Assembly (NCBI GenBank): GCA_944358795.1
Contig: CALVRW010000015.1
Span: 1 to 61,932 of the forward strand
DNA: 61,932 nucleotides
Direction: 5' to 3'
From: an uncultured Bacilli bacterium
GTDB taxonomy: Bacteria; Bacillota_I; Bacilli_A; RF39; UBA660
In this document: in pieces, positions 41,998 through 53,882 of the stretch
How the letters are laid out: every line of letters starts with the position of its first letter
Numbering within the stretch: position 1 is the stretch's first letter
The notes under the pieces: generated by a model
What the model saw: the letters and a program-made list of their open reading frames with translations, nothing else
Databases searched by the model: none
What the model was told of the DNA's origin: nothing
Translations under genes and position numbers: made by a program

Positions 41998-42215
41998 TAA
42001 AAAAAGTACTATGGATTTAAGGACGTGTGAACGTGGTACCACCTTAATTCATAATACTTTGATTATCTTTCTTGTGTTAACGCTACTATCCATGCGGCGA
42101 AGATTCGCAACTAGAAAAGCAAGTTCATGATATCAATGACAAAAGTTTTCACCAACCACTTTTTCTCTAAGCTCAGGTATATCATTACTACTCTTTTCCT
42201 TCGTCTTTCATTTAC
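41998..42215 (-). promoter_or_regulatory. T-box leader (Leu specifier CUU)
   Basis: Minus strand carries AGUA box, AGAGA...GUGGUUGGUGAAA, GAA-CUU-G (aag at 42121-42123), the T-box sequence AAGGUGGUACCACG (about 42030-42046) and a U7 run (41998-42005). Confidence 0.65.
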
Positions 42216-42228
42216 TTAGTATATTATA

Positions 42229-44640
42229 TTATACTTGTCCAATATATTCAAGTAAATTTAAGAATAATTTAATAAATTTCTTTTCTAATCCTTTTCTTCC
42301 TAATTTACGAATAGCAATACGTTTTTTCTTAATTGGTGCATCACTAAACAAGATGCGATCAATTCGTTCTTTCATTTCTGTTTGTAACTCTAAATCACTA
42401 ATAATGGATTCAATATCATCGTTAATTAAACGAACGGCATCAATTTCAATATCTTTTCCTTTACAATTGATCGTAAGTTGTCCAATTGATGGAATATTTT
42501 CTACTTCGACAACAAAGTCTGGTCCATCGACATAAGACTTACATTCTAACTTCTCACTATTAAAGTAAACAACAACATCATTTGCTTGTTTTGTATTACG
42601 GAAACGAACTTTATAATTTCTTCTATCTGGTACAATTCCACTCTTTCCTTCAATAGAACGAATAATCATTGTATAATTACTTGGTAAATAATTATATTCA
42701 ATAGAAGTTAATAGATAAAAGCCTCTCTTATATAGATCACTTACTCCATCATCTTCATATAAATTATATTGATTACTCTTACCAGGGAAAACATGGATTT
42801 CCATATTTTTTGGTGGGTTAATATCATTTAAGCGTTCATTATCTCCAAGGGTAATAATTGCTCCTGCTTTCGCAAAAACGGGATAATCTTCATCTTTAAA
42901 GAAGGAAATATATTCTCTACCACCTGGAAATTTCTTTCCTGTCATAAAGTCATACCAAGTACCATCTGGAATATAAAATTTATGAACAGAACGATTCATG
43001 ACATAATCTTTCTTATGAATAATTGGACTTACAAATAATTCTGTTCCTAAATAATATTCATTACGATAACGAATATCATCATAATATTCTGGAGCTTTAT
43101 AGAAAATTGGCATTACAAGTGGCATTCCATATTTATAATATTTATAAGATTCAGCGTATAAATATGGAATTAATTTTTTACGAAGCGTTAAATAACGTTT
43201 TACAATTTGTGATGTTTTATAACTCCAACGCCATGGCTCTCTCTTATAATATTTTCCTGCTTCACTACCAAATTTTAAGATAGGACTAAATGTTCCTAAT
43301 TGAACAAATCTTGTATATAATTCATTATCTTCTGTTCCTTTATAGTATCCTCCAATATCATGAGCAAAGAAACTAACTCCATTATTGGCAGCACTAACAT
43401 TATAAAATGGAACTTCTCTTAACGTATCCCATCCTACTGTAGAATGTCCAGCATATAATACTGGATATTTATGCGGATTAACAAGAGAATTATTCGATAA
43501 AAGTAGTGGACGACGTTTATAATCACGTTTCATATCATTAAATTCGTAATGATTTAAAGCCCATAATCCTGATAAATTATTAGGATCACGATAAGTAATA
43601 TTATAAAAGTCAACACCAATCGCATCTAATGGATGGATAAGTAGTTTTAAATATACTTCTAAAAAGTGGGGATTTAAAATATCAAATGCGACAACTCCAT
43701 CTTTATCAGCTGGTAAATAGTTAATTACTTTATCATAATAAGCTTCACCTGGATAAATTCCATCTCCAGGATTAATTTCTAATCCAACACGAATTCCTTG
43801 TGAGTGTAGATATTCAATCATACCAGCTGGATTACGGAATTTATTTTGATTCCAAGTAAATCCTGATTCTACTACTTTTTTACCAAGTTGATTTTTTTCA
43901 TGCCAATCAGAATTTAATACTAAAACAGATAGTGGTATTTCTTCATCTTCAAATTTATCAATTAATTCTTTTAACGAAGTATCATCATATCCAACGTTTC
44001 TACTCCACCAACTACCTAGAGCGAATCTTGGAATTAAAGCTGGCTCACCTGTTAAATAAAAATAATCTTTTAAACATTGCGCAAAATCTTTTAAATATAA
44101 GAAAACATAAACATCTGCATACCCTGGTTCTCTATTTGTAATAGAACCATCCTCATTGTATACAATTCCACTATTATCATAAATAGCAGCAAATCCATCA
44201 GCAGAATATAATCCTTTACTAAATTTTACTTTTCCATCTGTCATATCCATCGTAAGACCTGGAGTACCATAATTTCTAACTTCTGGATGTTTATAATACC
44301 AAATACGATCTGTATTTAATAATTCAATTCTTAAATTCGCAGTCGAATTATATTTTGCTCCCTCAAATGGTCTTTCTTTCATATAAGTCATACGGAAATA
44401 TTTGGTCGCAATTTGTAACACACCCGCTTCATCATGATAGCGAAATTCTGCTTGAGGAAAATCTCGTTTCTCAACAATTTGTGTCGGACGATCTTCAAAT
44501 TTACCATTTGGATGATATTCTAAACGAATCAGACGTTCTGTTAAAACAGTAATACGATATTTTTCTCCTTTAAAAATATTTTTTTGATTTGCCTTTGCTC
44601 TGTTATAATCTACTCTAAAATGTTCACCTAAATTCGCCAT
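42229..44640 (-). CDS. glycoside hydrolase family 31 (alpha-glucosidase/xylosidase type)
   Basis: 803 aa. It has the LNSDWHE / GVDFY region and FAHDIGGY (acid/base region), and the overall GH31 length and architecture. Confidence 0.75.
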   Translation of the reverse strand: MANLGEHFRVDYNRAKANQKNIFKGEKYRITVLTERLIRLEYHPNGKFEDRPTQIVEKRDFPQAEFRYHDEAGVLQIATKYFRMTYMKERPFEGAKYNSTANLRIELLNTDRIWYYKHPEVRNYGTPGLTMDMTDGKVKFSKGLYSADGFAAIYDNSGIVYNEDGSITNREPGYADVYVFLYLKDFAQCLKDYFYLTGEPALIPRFALGSWWSRNVGYDDTSLKELIDKFEDEEIPLSVLVLNSDWHEKNQLGKKVVESGFTWNQNKFRNPAGMIEYLHSQGIRVGLEINPGDGIYPGEAYYDKVINYLPADKDGVVAFDILNPHFLEVYLKLLIHPLDAIGVDFYNITYRDPNNLSGLWALNHYEFNDMKRDYKRRPLLLSNNSLVNPHKYPVLYAGHSTVGWDTLREVPFYNVSAANNGVSFFAHDIGGYYKGTEDNELYTRFVQLGTFSPILKFGSEAGKYYKREPWRWSYKTSQIVKRYLTLRKKLIPYLYAESYKYYKYGMPLVMPIFYKAPEYYDDIRYRNEYYLGTELFVSPIIHKKDYVMNRSVHKFYIPDGTWYDFMTGKKFPGGREYISFFKDEDYPVFAKAGAIITLGDNERLNDINPPKNMEIHVFPGKSNQYNLYEDDGVSDLYKRGFYLLTSIEYNYLPSNYTMIIRSIEGKSGIVPDRRNYKVRFRNTKQANDVVVYFNSEKLECKSYVDGPDFVVEVENIPSIGQLTINCKGKDIEIDAVRLINDDIESIISDLELQTEMKERIDRILFSDAPIKKKRIAIRKLGRKGLEKKFIKLFLNLLEYIGQV

Positions 44641-44826
44641 ACTATCCCTCTATTCTTTTTTATCTTCTTTTATATTATACCAATTTTTTATAAAAGAAAA
44701 AAGTATTTTACAAAAACTAATAGAAAAGAATAAAAAACTCAACTACTTAAAGTTGAGCCTTTCTATCATCTTGACTTTAGAAAACACATTTTTTCTCACT
44801 TTGTCTTTTTAAAAAGTGTATTGACA

Positions 44827-46368
44827 TTAATTAGAAACTACCACAGCACGAGATGAGTTATTACTACTTTCGAACCCTCCATTTCGACTTGTACGAAACA
44901 CACCTGCACTAGAATTGCTATTATAGTATCCACCTCGTCCAATCCAAGGATCAGTTGAATGAGGCATATAGCCATAATCGTCATACCAATGCTTTGGATA
45001 AGATGATGTATATACTTCTTTCATCGCATCTCCTAATTTACTGATACTATGATTAGATGCATCTGTATTATAATCATATTTATCATAGTATTTACTATCT
45101 GGAGCACTTGTAAATCCACTACTTGCCGTATTAAAATTTCCATCTTGTTTTACACTACTAGCCATTACGTATTCATATGCTCCTCCACTCATATCGAAGA
45201 TTCCTGTAATGTTTCCTGTTGTACTTTGATTGTACGTTCCATTTCCTTTACTTCCGTAAGCATTTTTGCAAGTGCTTGTAGTACTTTCCGTTACGCTATC
45301 TGCTCCACATCCTGTTATAAAATTACTATTATTATTTAAAATGATTTCACTGTTTTTCCCGTATTTACTATGTGATAGGTATGCAACCGCTCCCCATTCT
45401 ATATTCTTCATCATATGAGAATCATAACTACTTAATCCATAATTACTGTCCATACTTTTTATAATATTAAATAATGAACTTACATTTTGATTTCTTAAAG
45501 AGGATACATTTGGTTTAATCGTTGGACTTGACGCTGTTCCTGTCATTTCAAATTTTCCTACCCACATTCCTGATAATTCTGTACTTCCCAACGTAAAGGC
45601 TGGATGTGTTAACCATTCTCCATTTTTTGTTCCTGTACTTTTTGATGTACTATTACTTTCAAATTCGATTTTAATTTCTTGTGGTTGTGATTCTTTACCT
45701 TCTACATTCCATAATTGATATTTATATCTTGGTATCCATACATAATAAGCTAGTATATCTGATTCTGTGATTGCTGTTCCAGGAGTAGCGCTTTTATACT
45801 TGTCTCTTGAATCGTTTGTAACAGCTACGGCATTCGCCCATTTCTTTTGGTCGTAATCATACCATTTAGAATTAACATCTGCTTTGACTGTCTTTCCGTT
45901 ACTATCAAATGTTACAGGAATTATTCCATCTTGAACCACTGGAGCTCCGTCACTACTACTTCCCCCTCCTGTAACACATTCTGCTTCTGTTTTCTTACTT
46001 TCATCGATTGTTACTTCTTCTGTATCGTAGTCTTTTACTACACAAAAACCATTAATCCATGCACGAAGTTGGGTATCCATTTCTTCATTAATATCCAATG
46101 TAAATTTTGTTGGTTTTGTTCCCTTCATCGGTAGATTACTACCTTCATCATAATGATATGGTGGATTGACATTTTCAATTCCAGATGTTGCGGCAGCAAG
46201 TTCTCCTGCTTTAATCACACTATATCCTGCATCTCTGGCTGCACTCTTTTTCGCATCATTTATTACATTCATGATTAATGGAGTTGCGATTAGGGCGATA
46301 ACTGCTAGTATGACGATAACTGCAAGTAACTCTATTAACGTAAATCCTTGTTTTGCTTTTTCCTTCAT
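44827..46368 (-). CDS. type IV pilin-like protein with C-terminal C-type-lectin/FGE-sulfatase-like domain (paralog A)
   Basis: I prefer the start MKEKAKQG|FTLIELLAVIVILAVIALIATPLI (RBS GAAGGAG). The C-terminus ...GIFDMSGGAYEYV...GRGGYYNSNSSAGVF...RAVVV is SUMF1-like. About 85-90% identical by eye to 58404-59942. Confidence 0.8.
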   Translation of the reverse strand: MKEKAKQGFTLIELLAVIVILAVIALIATPLIMNVINDAKKSAARDAGYSVIKAGELAAATSGIENVNPPYHYDEGSNLPMKGTKPTKFTLDINEEMDTQLRAWINGFCVVKDYDTEEVTIDESKKTEAECVTGGGSSSDGAPVVQDGIIPVTFDSNGKTVKADVNSKWYDYDQKKWANAVAVTNDSRDKYKSATPGTAITESDILAYYVWIPRYKYQLWNVEGKESQPQEIKIEFESNSTSKSTGTKNGEWLTHPAFTLGSTELSGMWVGKFEMTGTASSPTIKPNVSSLRNQNVSSLFNIIKSMDSNYGLSSYDSHMMKNIEWGAVAYLSHSKYGKNSEIILNNNSNFITGCGADSVTESTTSTCKNAYGSKGNGTYNQSTTGNITGIFDMSGGAYEYVMASSVKQDGNFNTASSGFTSAPDSKYYDKYDYNTDASNHSISKLGDAMKEVYTSSYPKHWYDDYGYMPHSTDPWIGRGGYYNSNSSAGVFRTSRNGGFESSNNSSRAVVVSN

Positions 46369-46398
46369 TCTTTTACTCACTCCTTCTATTCTATTAGT

Positions 46399-46427
46399 AG
46401 TATATCTTTTTTTAGGTATACCTTCAA
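46399..46427 (-). promoter_or_regulatory. promoter of paralog A
   Basis: Minus strand reads TTGAAG, a 17-nt spacer, then TATACT. It is conserved upstream of paralog B. Confidence 0.45.
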
Positions 46428-46564
46428 TACACTTTTTTCGATGTTTTTTCATAAAAAAGAGGATACTAAATCATCCCCCCAATTTCTGCTATTTACTAAT
46501 GAAAGAGACTTTTATTCTTTTCATTTGCATCATAACAGATTAATCTTATAGTATCAATCAATTA

Positions 46565-47572
46565 TTAAAGTACTGACTTAGAAATACTGATTACTGGACG
46601 TACACCATAGTAATTATTATTTTTCACTTCTGAATAATATAAACGTCCTGCATAACGTACATACCACGCATTATTTGCTACTGAAAGAATTGGAGAACTT
46701 GTCCAATATCCCATTGTACTACTATCATTTACATCACATCCCCAAGAAGTACATCCTTGTGTATAATTAAATAACCATTTATATTTTGCTTTTCCCTGTG
46801 CAATACTTGGGTCGTTTTGTTTATTCGTTTCAAAGTAAAACCAATTATCTTTTCCAGCTACATTCGCATCAAATCCTGTATTTCCTGTAATTTTCGCAAT
46901 TTCATTTGCGCCAATTAATCTAGGATTCAAACTACTATTCCATGTTGCTGTATCACTATTAAGTACTGTTTTTACTTCTTTCATTTGTGAATTACTACCA
47001 CTAGAATTCCATGCGACTTTAGCAGTTGTATTATGATCAAGAATAACATTGACAGTACTACTATTTTCACTATCGTTAAATGCATGCCATTTCATACACC
47101 CAGTTTTTGTTCCTGTTGTACTCTTTGCTTCGCTAGAACTACATTTTTGATTTGTTTCTGGATTAAAATAAATAACTGTTCCATTATCATATTTAGGATA
47201 TTTTATACTTGCAGTACAACTTTCACCCTGTTTTAATAATTCATAATTTGCTTTCTTTTTATTATCCGTTACAATTTTAACATATCGATCAGGTTCTAAA
47301 GTTGTACCTGTTTCTAAATCTTGAACTGGTTCATCTAACAAGTCGGCATCAATTAATTCTTGAATTAATACACAACTTGTTTGATTAGGTTTTAAATTTT
47401 CTTCTGAGTATAAATATGCGGCATGAAAAATGATTTCTTTTTGTGTTTCTGATATTTGTTTTTGATTATTCTTTACTTGATTCAAAATGAGTGGTACTGC
47501 TAAAAGACAAATAATACTAAAAATTGTTAGTACAGCAAGTAACTCGATTAATGTAAATCCTTTTTTTTTCAT
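46565..47572 (-). CDS. type IV pilin-like protein with DUF1566/Lcl-like C-terminal domain
   Basis: MKKKG|FTLIELLAVLTIFSII. The C-terminus YWTSSP...NAWYVRYAGRLYYSEVKNNNYYGVRPVISI resembles the DUF1566 ending. Confidence 0.7.
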   Translation of the reverse strand: MKKKGFTLIELLAVLTIFSIICLLAVPLILNQVKNNQKQISETQKEIIFHAAYLYSEENLKPNQTSCVLIQELIDADLLDEPVQDLETGTTLEPDRYVKIVTDNKKKANYELLKQGESCTASIKYPKYDNGTVIYFNPETNQKCSSSEAKSTTGTKTGCMKWHAFNDSENSSTVNVILDHNTTAKVAWNSSGSNSQMKEVKTVLNSDTATWNSSLNPRLIGANEIAKITGNTGFDANVAGKDNWFYFETNKQNDPSIAQGKAKYKWLFNYTQGCTSWGCDVNDSSTMGYWTSSPILSVANNAWYVRYAGRLYYSEVKNNNYYGVRPVISISKSVL

Positions 47573-47583
47573 ACGCTCACCCC

Positions 47584-47964
47584 TTACCCATTACATGGCG
47601 TTTCTGAATATTTTGCATGAAATTGACCATTCTCATCCATTGATACTGTAACACAACCATTCATTTTACTTCCATCTTTAGGATTAATAATATCCTTATC
47701 TTCAACAACATCTCGTTCTTTTAATAATGTTAATGAAAGCTTAGCTGAAGTAGTATCATCCGGTAATATTTCACTGATATTTTCGGCAACAAACCCTTCC
47801 GTTGCTCTTTCTATTTCAAAGATCTGATTTTGATATGCTTTTTCTTTATTTTGACTAATAATTCTTCCAACAGTAGGAACTGCTACTAACGCAATGACTG
47901 CTAAGATTACAATCACTGCTAATAATTCTATTAATGTAAAAGCTTTTTCATTCATTTTAACCAT
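47584..47964 (-). CDS. ComGC-like minor/major pseudopilin (126 aa)
   Basis: MVKMNEKA|FTLIELLAVIVILAVIALVAVPTV, followed by a small globular domain ending in Cys...Cys. Confidence 0.7.
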   Translation of the reverse strand: MVKMNEKAFTLIELLAVIVILAVIALVAVPTVGRIISQNKEKAYQNQIFEIERATEGFVAENISEILPDDTTSAKLSLTLLKERDVVEDKDIINPKDGSKMNGCVTVSMDENGQFHAKYSETPCNG

Positions 47965-48046
47965 ATTCTCACCTATTTTACTTTCTCTTACACTGTATCA
48001 CATTTAGAAATTCTTTTCAAGATATTAATAAAAAAGAGAAATAAAA

Positions 48047-50621
<2,575 letters not shown>

Positions 50622-50776
50622 ATTACCACCCTACTTTATTATAACATTCTAATACTCTCTTGTTAAGCAGTAGACACTCTTTTTTACACCAAAATAATAA
50701 CATTTTTTGATATCCCTAAATTTGTATTATTTCTTTTATTTATGGTATAATAATGTAATTAGAAAGGACTGATTTG

Positions 50777-52030
50777 ATGCAGATACGAGAGTTAACAAAT
50801 GAACAATTTAAACAATTCGCTTCTGTATATCCAATGAGTAGTATTTATCAAACGATTGAATATGCTCTCGTTATGAATCATCAGAATTATCAAAGTTTAT
50901 TATTAGGTTATATTGATGATGCGAATAATTTAGTAGCTGCATCACTTGTTTTAATCGAGCGATTAAATGGTTTTAAATATGCATATGCTCCAAGAGGATT
51001 TTTAATTGATTACCAAAATGAAGAGCTAGTTAAAAATTTTACCACCGCATTAAAACAATATCTTGGAAAAAAAGATGTCATTGCAGTTAAAATTAGTCCT
51101 ATGATTCCTCGTATTATTTACGACGAAAAAACAAAGATGACCTATCAAAATAATCAATATGATAGAATCTATGAAATATTAAGAAAATATGGATATTTCC
51201 ACATGGGTTATAATCTATACTTTGAAGCACATAAACCAAGATTTGAAGCAATTATTGATATGAATAAACCTTATTATCAAATCTTTCAACATTTTAAAAA
51301 ACAAGTACGTACTAAAATTAGAAGTGCTGCCAAAAAAGGAGTACAAATCTATAAAGGAAACGAATCTAACTTAGAATATTTATACTTACAAGCGAAAGAT
51401 AATTATCCAAGAGATTTAAAATATTATCAAGATTGTTTTCAATATATGGGAAAAAAGAATATGATGGAATTCTTTTATGCCAAAGTGAATACTGAACAAT
51501 ATTTAAAAACTGTCAAAAAACAATACGAATACTATGAAACAAAAGTTGGACAAATGAATCAACTCATTCAAAAAGCGGATGCGAAAAAGAAAAGTCGTCT
51601 ATTAAATAAAAAAATGAAATTAGACTTAGAATTTGCTAACTGTCAAAAAAATCTTGTAAGTGCGACAAATTTACTTGCTGAATTTCCAGATGGTGTGATT
51701 ACCGCATCTATTATGGTTTCCTTACATAAAGATGAAGTAAGAGTTTTAGCAGATGGATATGACACTCGTTTCAAATCATTTCATTCTAAAAACTTTCTTA
51801 TTTGGCAACTCATAGAACGTTATTCGAAATTAGGATATAAAAAATTTAACTTAGGCGGAATGTCAGCAATGAACATTACAGATAATCCTTATCAAGGATT
51901 AAATCAATTTAAATTAAGTTTTAATCCTCAAGTATATGAATATATTGGTGATTTAGAATTAATTACAAACCGTATGTTATATCGTCTATATCGAAATACG
52001 GCACCAATTAGAAATATAATAAAAAAATAA
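50777..52030 (+). CDS. FemAB/FemX-family peptidoglycan aminoacyltransferase
   Basis: ~417 aa with the GNAT-like duplicated fold pattern, an inserted coiled coil (residues ~240-290), and a C-terminal ...GLNQFKLSFNP. Confidence 0.75.
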   Translation: MQIRELTNEQFKQFASVYPMSSIYQTIEYALVMNHQNYQSLLLGYIDDANNLVAASLVLIERLNGFKYAYAPRGFLIDYQNEELVKNFTTALKQYLGKKDVIAVKISPMIPRIIYDEKTKMTYQNNQYDRIYEILRKYGYFHMGYNLYFEAHKPRFEAIIDMNKPYYQIFQHFKKQVRTKIRSAAKKGVQIYKGNESNLEYLYLQAKDNYPRDLKYYQDCFQYMGKKNMMEFFYAKVNTEQYLKTVKKQYEYYETKVGQMNQLIQKADAKKKSRLLNKKMKLDLEFANCQKNLVSATNLLAEFPDGVITASIMVSLHKDEVRVLADGYDTRFKSFHSKNFLIWQLIERYSKLGYKKFNLGGMSAMNITDNPYQGLNQFKLSFNPQVYEYIGDLELITNRMLYRLYRNTAPIRNIIKK

Positions 52031-52095
52031 TTTCTATTCAAGAAATTATTTTTTTATTATTTTTGGATATACTAATGATAATTGAGGTGATAAGA

Positions 52096-52527
52096 ATGAG
52101 ACAATTACTTAGTATGGTAGTATTAGGATGTCTCTTATTTGGTGGTTTTTTGTATGTAGTAGGAAGAATTACCAAGCCAATTGAAAGACAATTAAATAGC
52201 CATCAAACACTATATATTTTAACAGAAGAACATGTAGAGGAAGTTGAAGAATCAATCAAACATTATATTACAGCTGTAGAAAATGATATTAAAATAAATA
52301 TCAATCAAAATAATAATTATAAATCACCAAGACAATGTAAAGTTGGAAAAAATCCTCGTTTTTGTAAAATTAGTTACCGCGAATATATTTATGTTGGAAT
52401 CGTTGATCATTATCCAAGTGAAGGAGTAATTAAATTTGATACCAAAGGAAATGTGGTCGGAGGAAATATGAAAATCTACCGCTTCTCTTTTCAAATAAAT
52501 CCTGATGGCACACTTACGAGAAAATAA
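52096..52527 (+). CDS. membrane-anchored hypothetical protein
   Basis: I prefer the start MRQLLSMVVLGCLLFGG (RBS GAGGTGataaga). A terminator hairpin precedes it at 52026-52052. Confidence 0.5.
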   Translation: MRQLLSMVVLGCLLFGGFLYVVGRITKPIERQLNSHQTLYILTEEHVEEVEESIKHYITAVENDIKININQNNNYKSPRQCKVGKNPRFCKISYREYIYVGIVDHYPSEGVIKFDTKGNVVGGNMKIYRFSFQINPDGTLTRK

Positions 52528-52529
52528 AA

Positions 52530-52558
52530 AAATAGATTACATTTTGTAATCTATTTTT
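52530..52558. terminator. bidirectional terminator between 52096-52527 (+) and tuf (-)
   Basis: AAAAATAGATTACattttGTAATCTATTTTT. Confidence 0.55.
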
Positions 52559-52571
52559 ATTATACTAGTAA

Positions 52572-53756
52572 TTATTCAACAACTTCTGAAACGTTACCAG
52601 CACCAACTGTTCTACCACCTTCACGAATAGAGAATTTAGTTCCATTTTCGATAGCGATAGGAGCAATTAATTCAACTGTCATTTCAACGTTGTCACCAGG
52701 CATAACCATTTCTACACCTTCTGGTAATTCAATAACTCCTGTAACGTCTGTAGTTCTGAAATAGAATTGTGGACGGTAGTTACTGAAGAATGGAGTATGT
52801 CTTCCACCTTCTTCTTTGCTAAGTACATAAACTTGAGCTTTGAATTTTTTGTGTGGAGTAACACTTCCTGGTTTAGCTAATACTTGACCACGTTCAACAT
52901 CTTCACGAGCAATACCACGTAATAATACTCCAGCATTATCTCCAGCTTCTGCGTAGTCTAATTGTTTACGGAACATTTCGATTCCTGTAACAACAGCTTT
53001 TTGAGTTTCTTTAATACCAACGATTTCAACTTCATCGTTAAGTTTTAATTGTCCACGTTCAACACGTCCTGTAACAACAGTTCCACGACCTGTAATTGTG
53101 AAAACGTCTTCAATTGGCATTAAGAATGGTTTGTCATTTTCTCTAACAGGATCTTCAATCCAGCTATCAACAGCATCCATTAATTCATTAATTGATTCAA
53201 CATATTTAGCATCTCCTTCAAGAGCTTTTAATGCTGATCCACGAATAATTGGAGTGTTGTCTCCGTCGAATCCGTATTCGCTTAATAATTCACGAATTTC
53301 CATTTCAACTAAGTCTAATAATTCTTCATCATCAACCATATCACATTTGTTCATGAATACTACCATACGAGGTACTCCAACTTGACGAGCAAGTAAGATG
53401 TGTTCACGAGTTTGTGCCATAGGTCCATCAGTTGCAGCAATAACTAAGATTGCTCCATCCATTTGAGCTGCTCCTGTAATCATGTTTTTTACGTAGTCAG
53501 CGTGTCCTGGACAGTCAACGTGAGCGTAGTGACGTTTGTCAGTACGATATTCAACGTGAGCAGTGTTAATTGTAATTCCACGTTCTCTTTCTTCTGGTGC
53601 TTTATCGATATTAGCATAGTCTTCGAATTGAGCATATCCTTTATCAGATAATACTTTTGTAATAGCAGCAGTTAAAGTTGTTTTACCGTGGTCTACGTGT
53701 CCAATTGTACCAATATTCATATGTGGTAACGAACGGTCAAATTTTTCTTTTGCCAT
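52572..53756 (-). CDS. tuf: elongation factor Tu
   Basis: [14 protein letters not shown] and NKCD. 394 aa. Confidence 0.97.
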   Translation of the reverse strand: MAKEKFDRSLPHMNIGTIGHVDHGKTTLTAAITKVLSDKGYAQFEDYANIDKAPEERERGITINTAHVEYRTDKRHYAHVDCPGHADYVKNMITGAAQMDGAILVIAATDGPMAQTREHILLARQVGVPRMVVFMNKCDMVDDEELLDLVEMEIRELLSEYGFDGDNTPIIRGSALKALEGDAKYVESINELMDAVDSWIEDPVRENDKPFLMPIEDVFTITGRGTVVTGRVERGQLKLNDEVEIVGIKETQKAVVTGIEMFRKQLDYAEAGDNAGVLLRGIAREDVERGQVLAKPGSVTPHKKFKAQVYVLSKEEGGRHTPFFSNYRPQFYFRTTDVTGVIELPEGVEMVMPGDNVEMTVELIAPIAIENGTKFSIREGGRTVGAGNVSEVVE

Positions 53757-53882
53757 ATTAAATTTCCTCCTTTATTTATCTACATTTATTATTTTATAGA
53801 AAATCACTTAAAATATCAAGTATTTTTCAGTAATTTTGCTATCTTTATTGAAATAATCAGGAAGGGATTATCCCCTACCTAA

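Noticed and set aside
41983-42042. The N-terminal extension (MVPRSHVLKS...) of the small membrane ORF upstream of leuS.
   Set aside because: The GTG start lies inside the conserved T-box sequence GGUGGUACCACG. An ATG with a GGAGGG RBS at 41982 is the credible start.
44827-44960. The tail of paralog A as the DGR template repeat for the VR-like tail of paralog B.
   Set aside because: It aligns codon for codon, but many differences are T->C/G or G changes at non-adenine positions. It is also an in-frame coding tail with normal codon usage. A true template repeat should match the VR everywhere except at its adenines.
45049-46134. Plus-strand ORFs 45049-45339 and 45847-46134 and their look-alikes 58623-58913 and 59421-59708, which seem conserved in two places.
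   Set aside because: They are antisense to the two pilin-lectin paralogs, so the apparent conservation merely reflects the duplication. Their low-complexity I/F/T/C-rich translations are typical of antisense reading of AT-rich genes.
46369-46452. The long N-terminal extension (MKKHRKKCIEGIPKKRYTTNRIEGVSKR) of paralog A.
   Set aside because: It covers the conserved promoter and RBS region shared with paralog B. Prepilin leaders are short, so the start at 46368 fits better.
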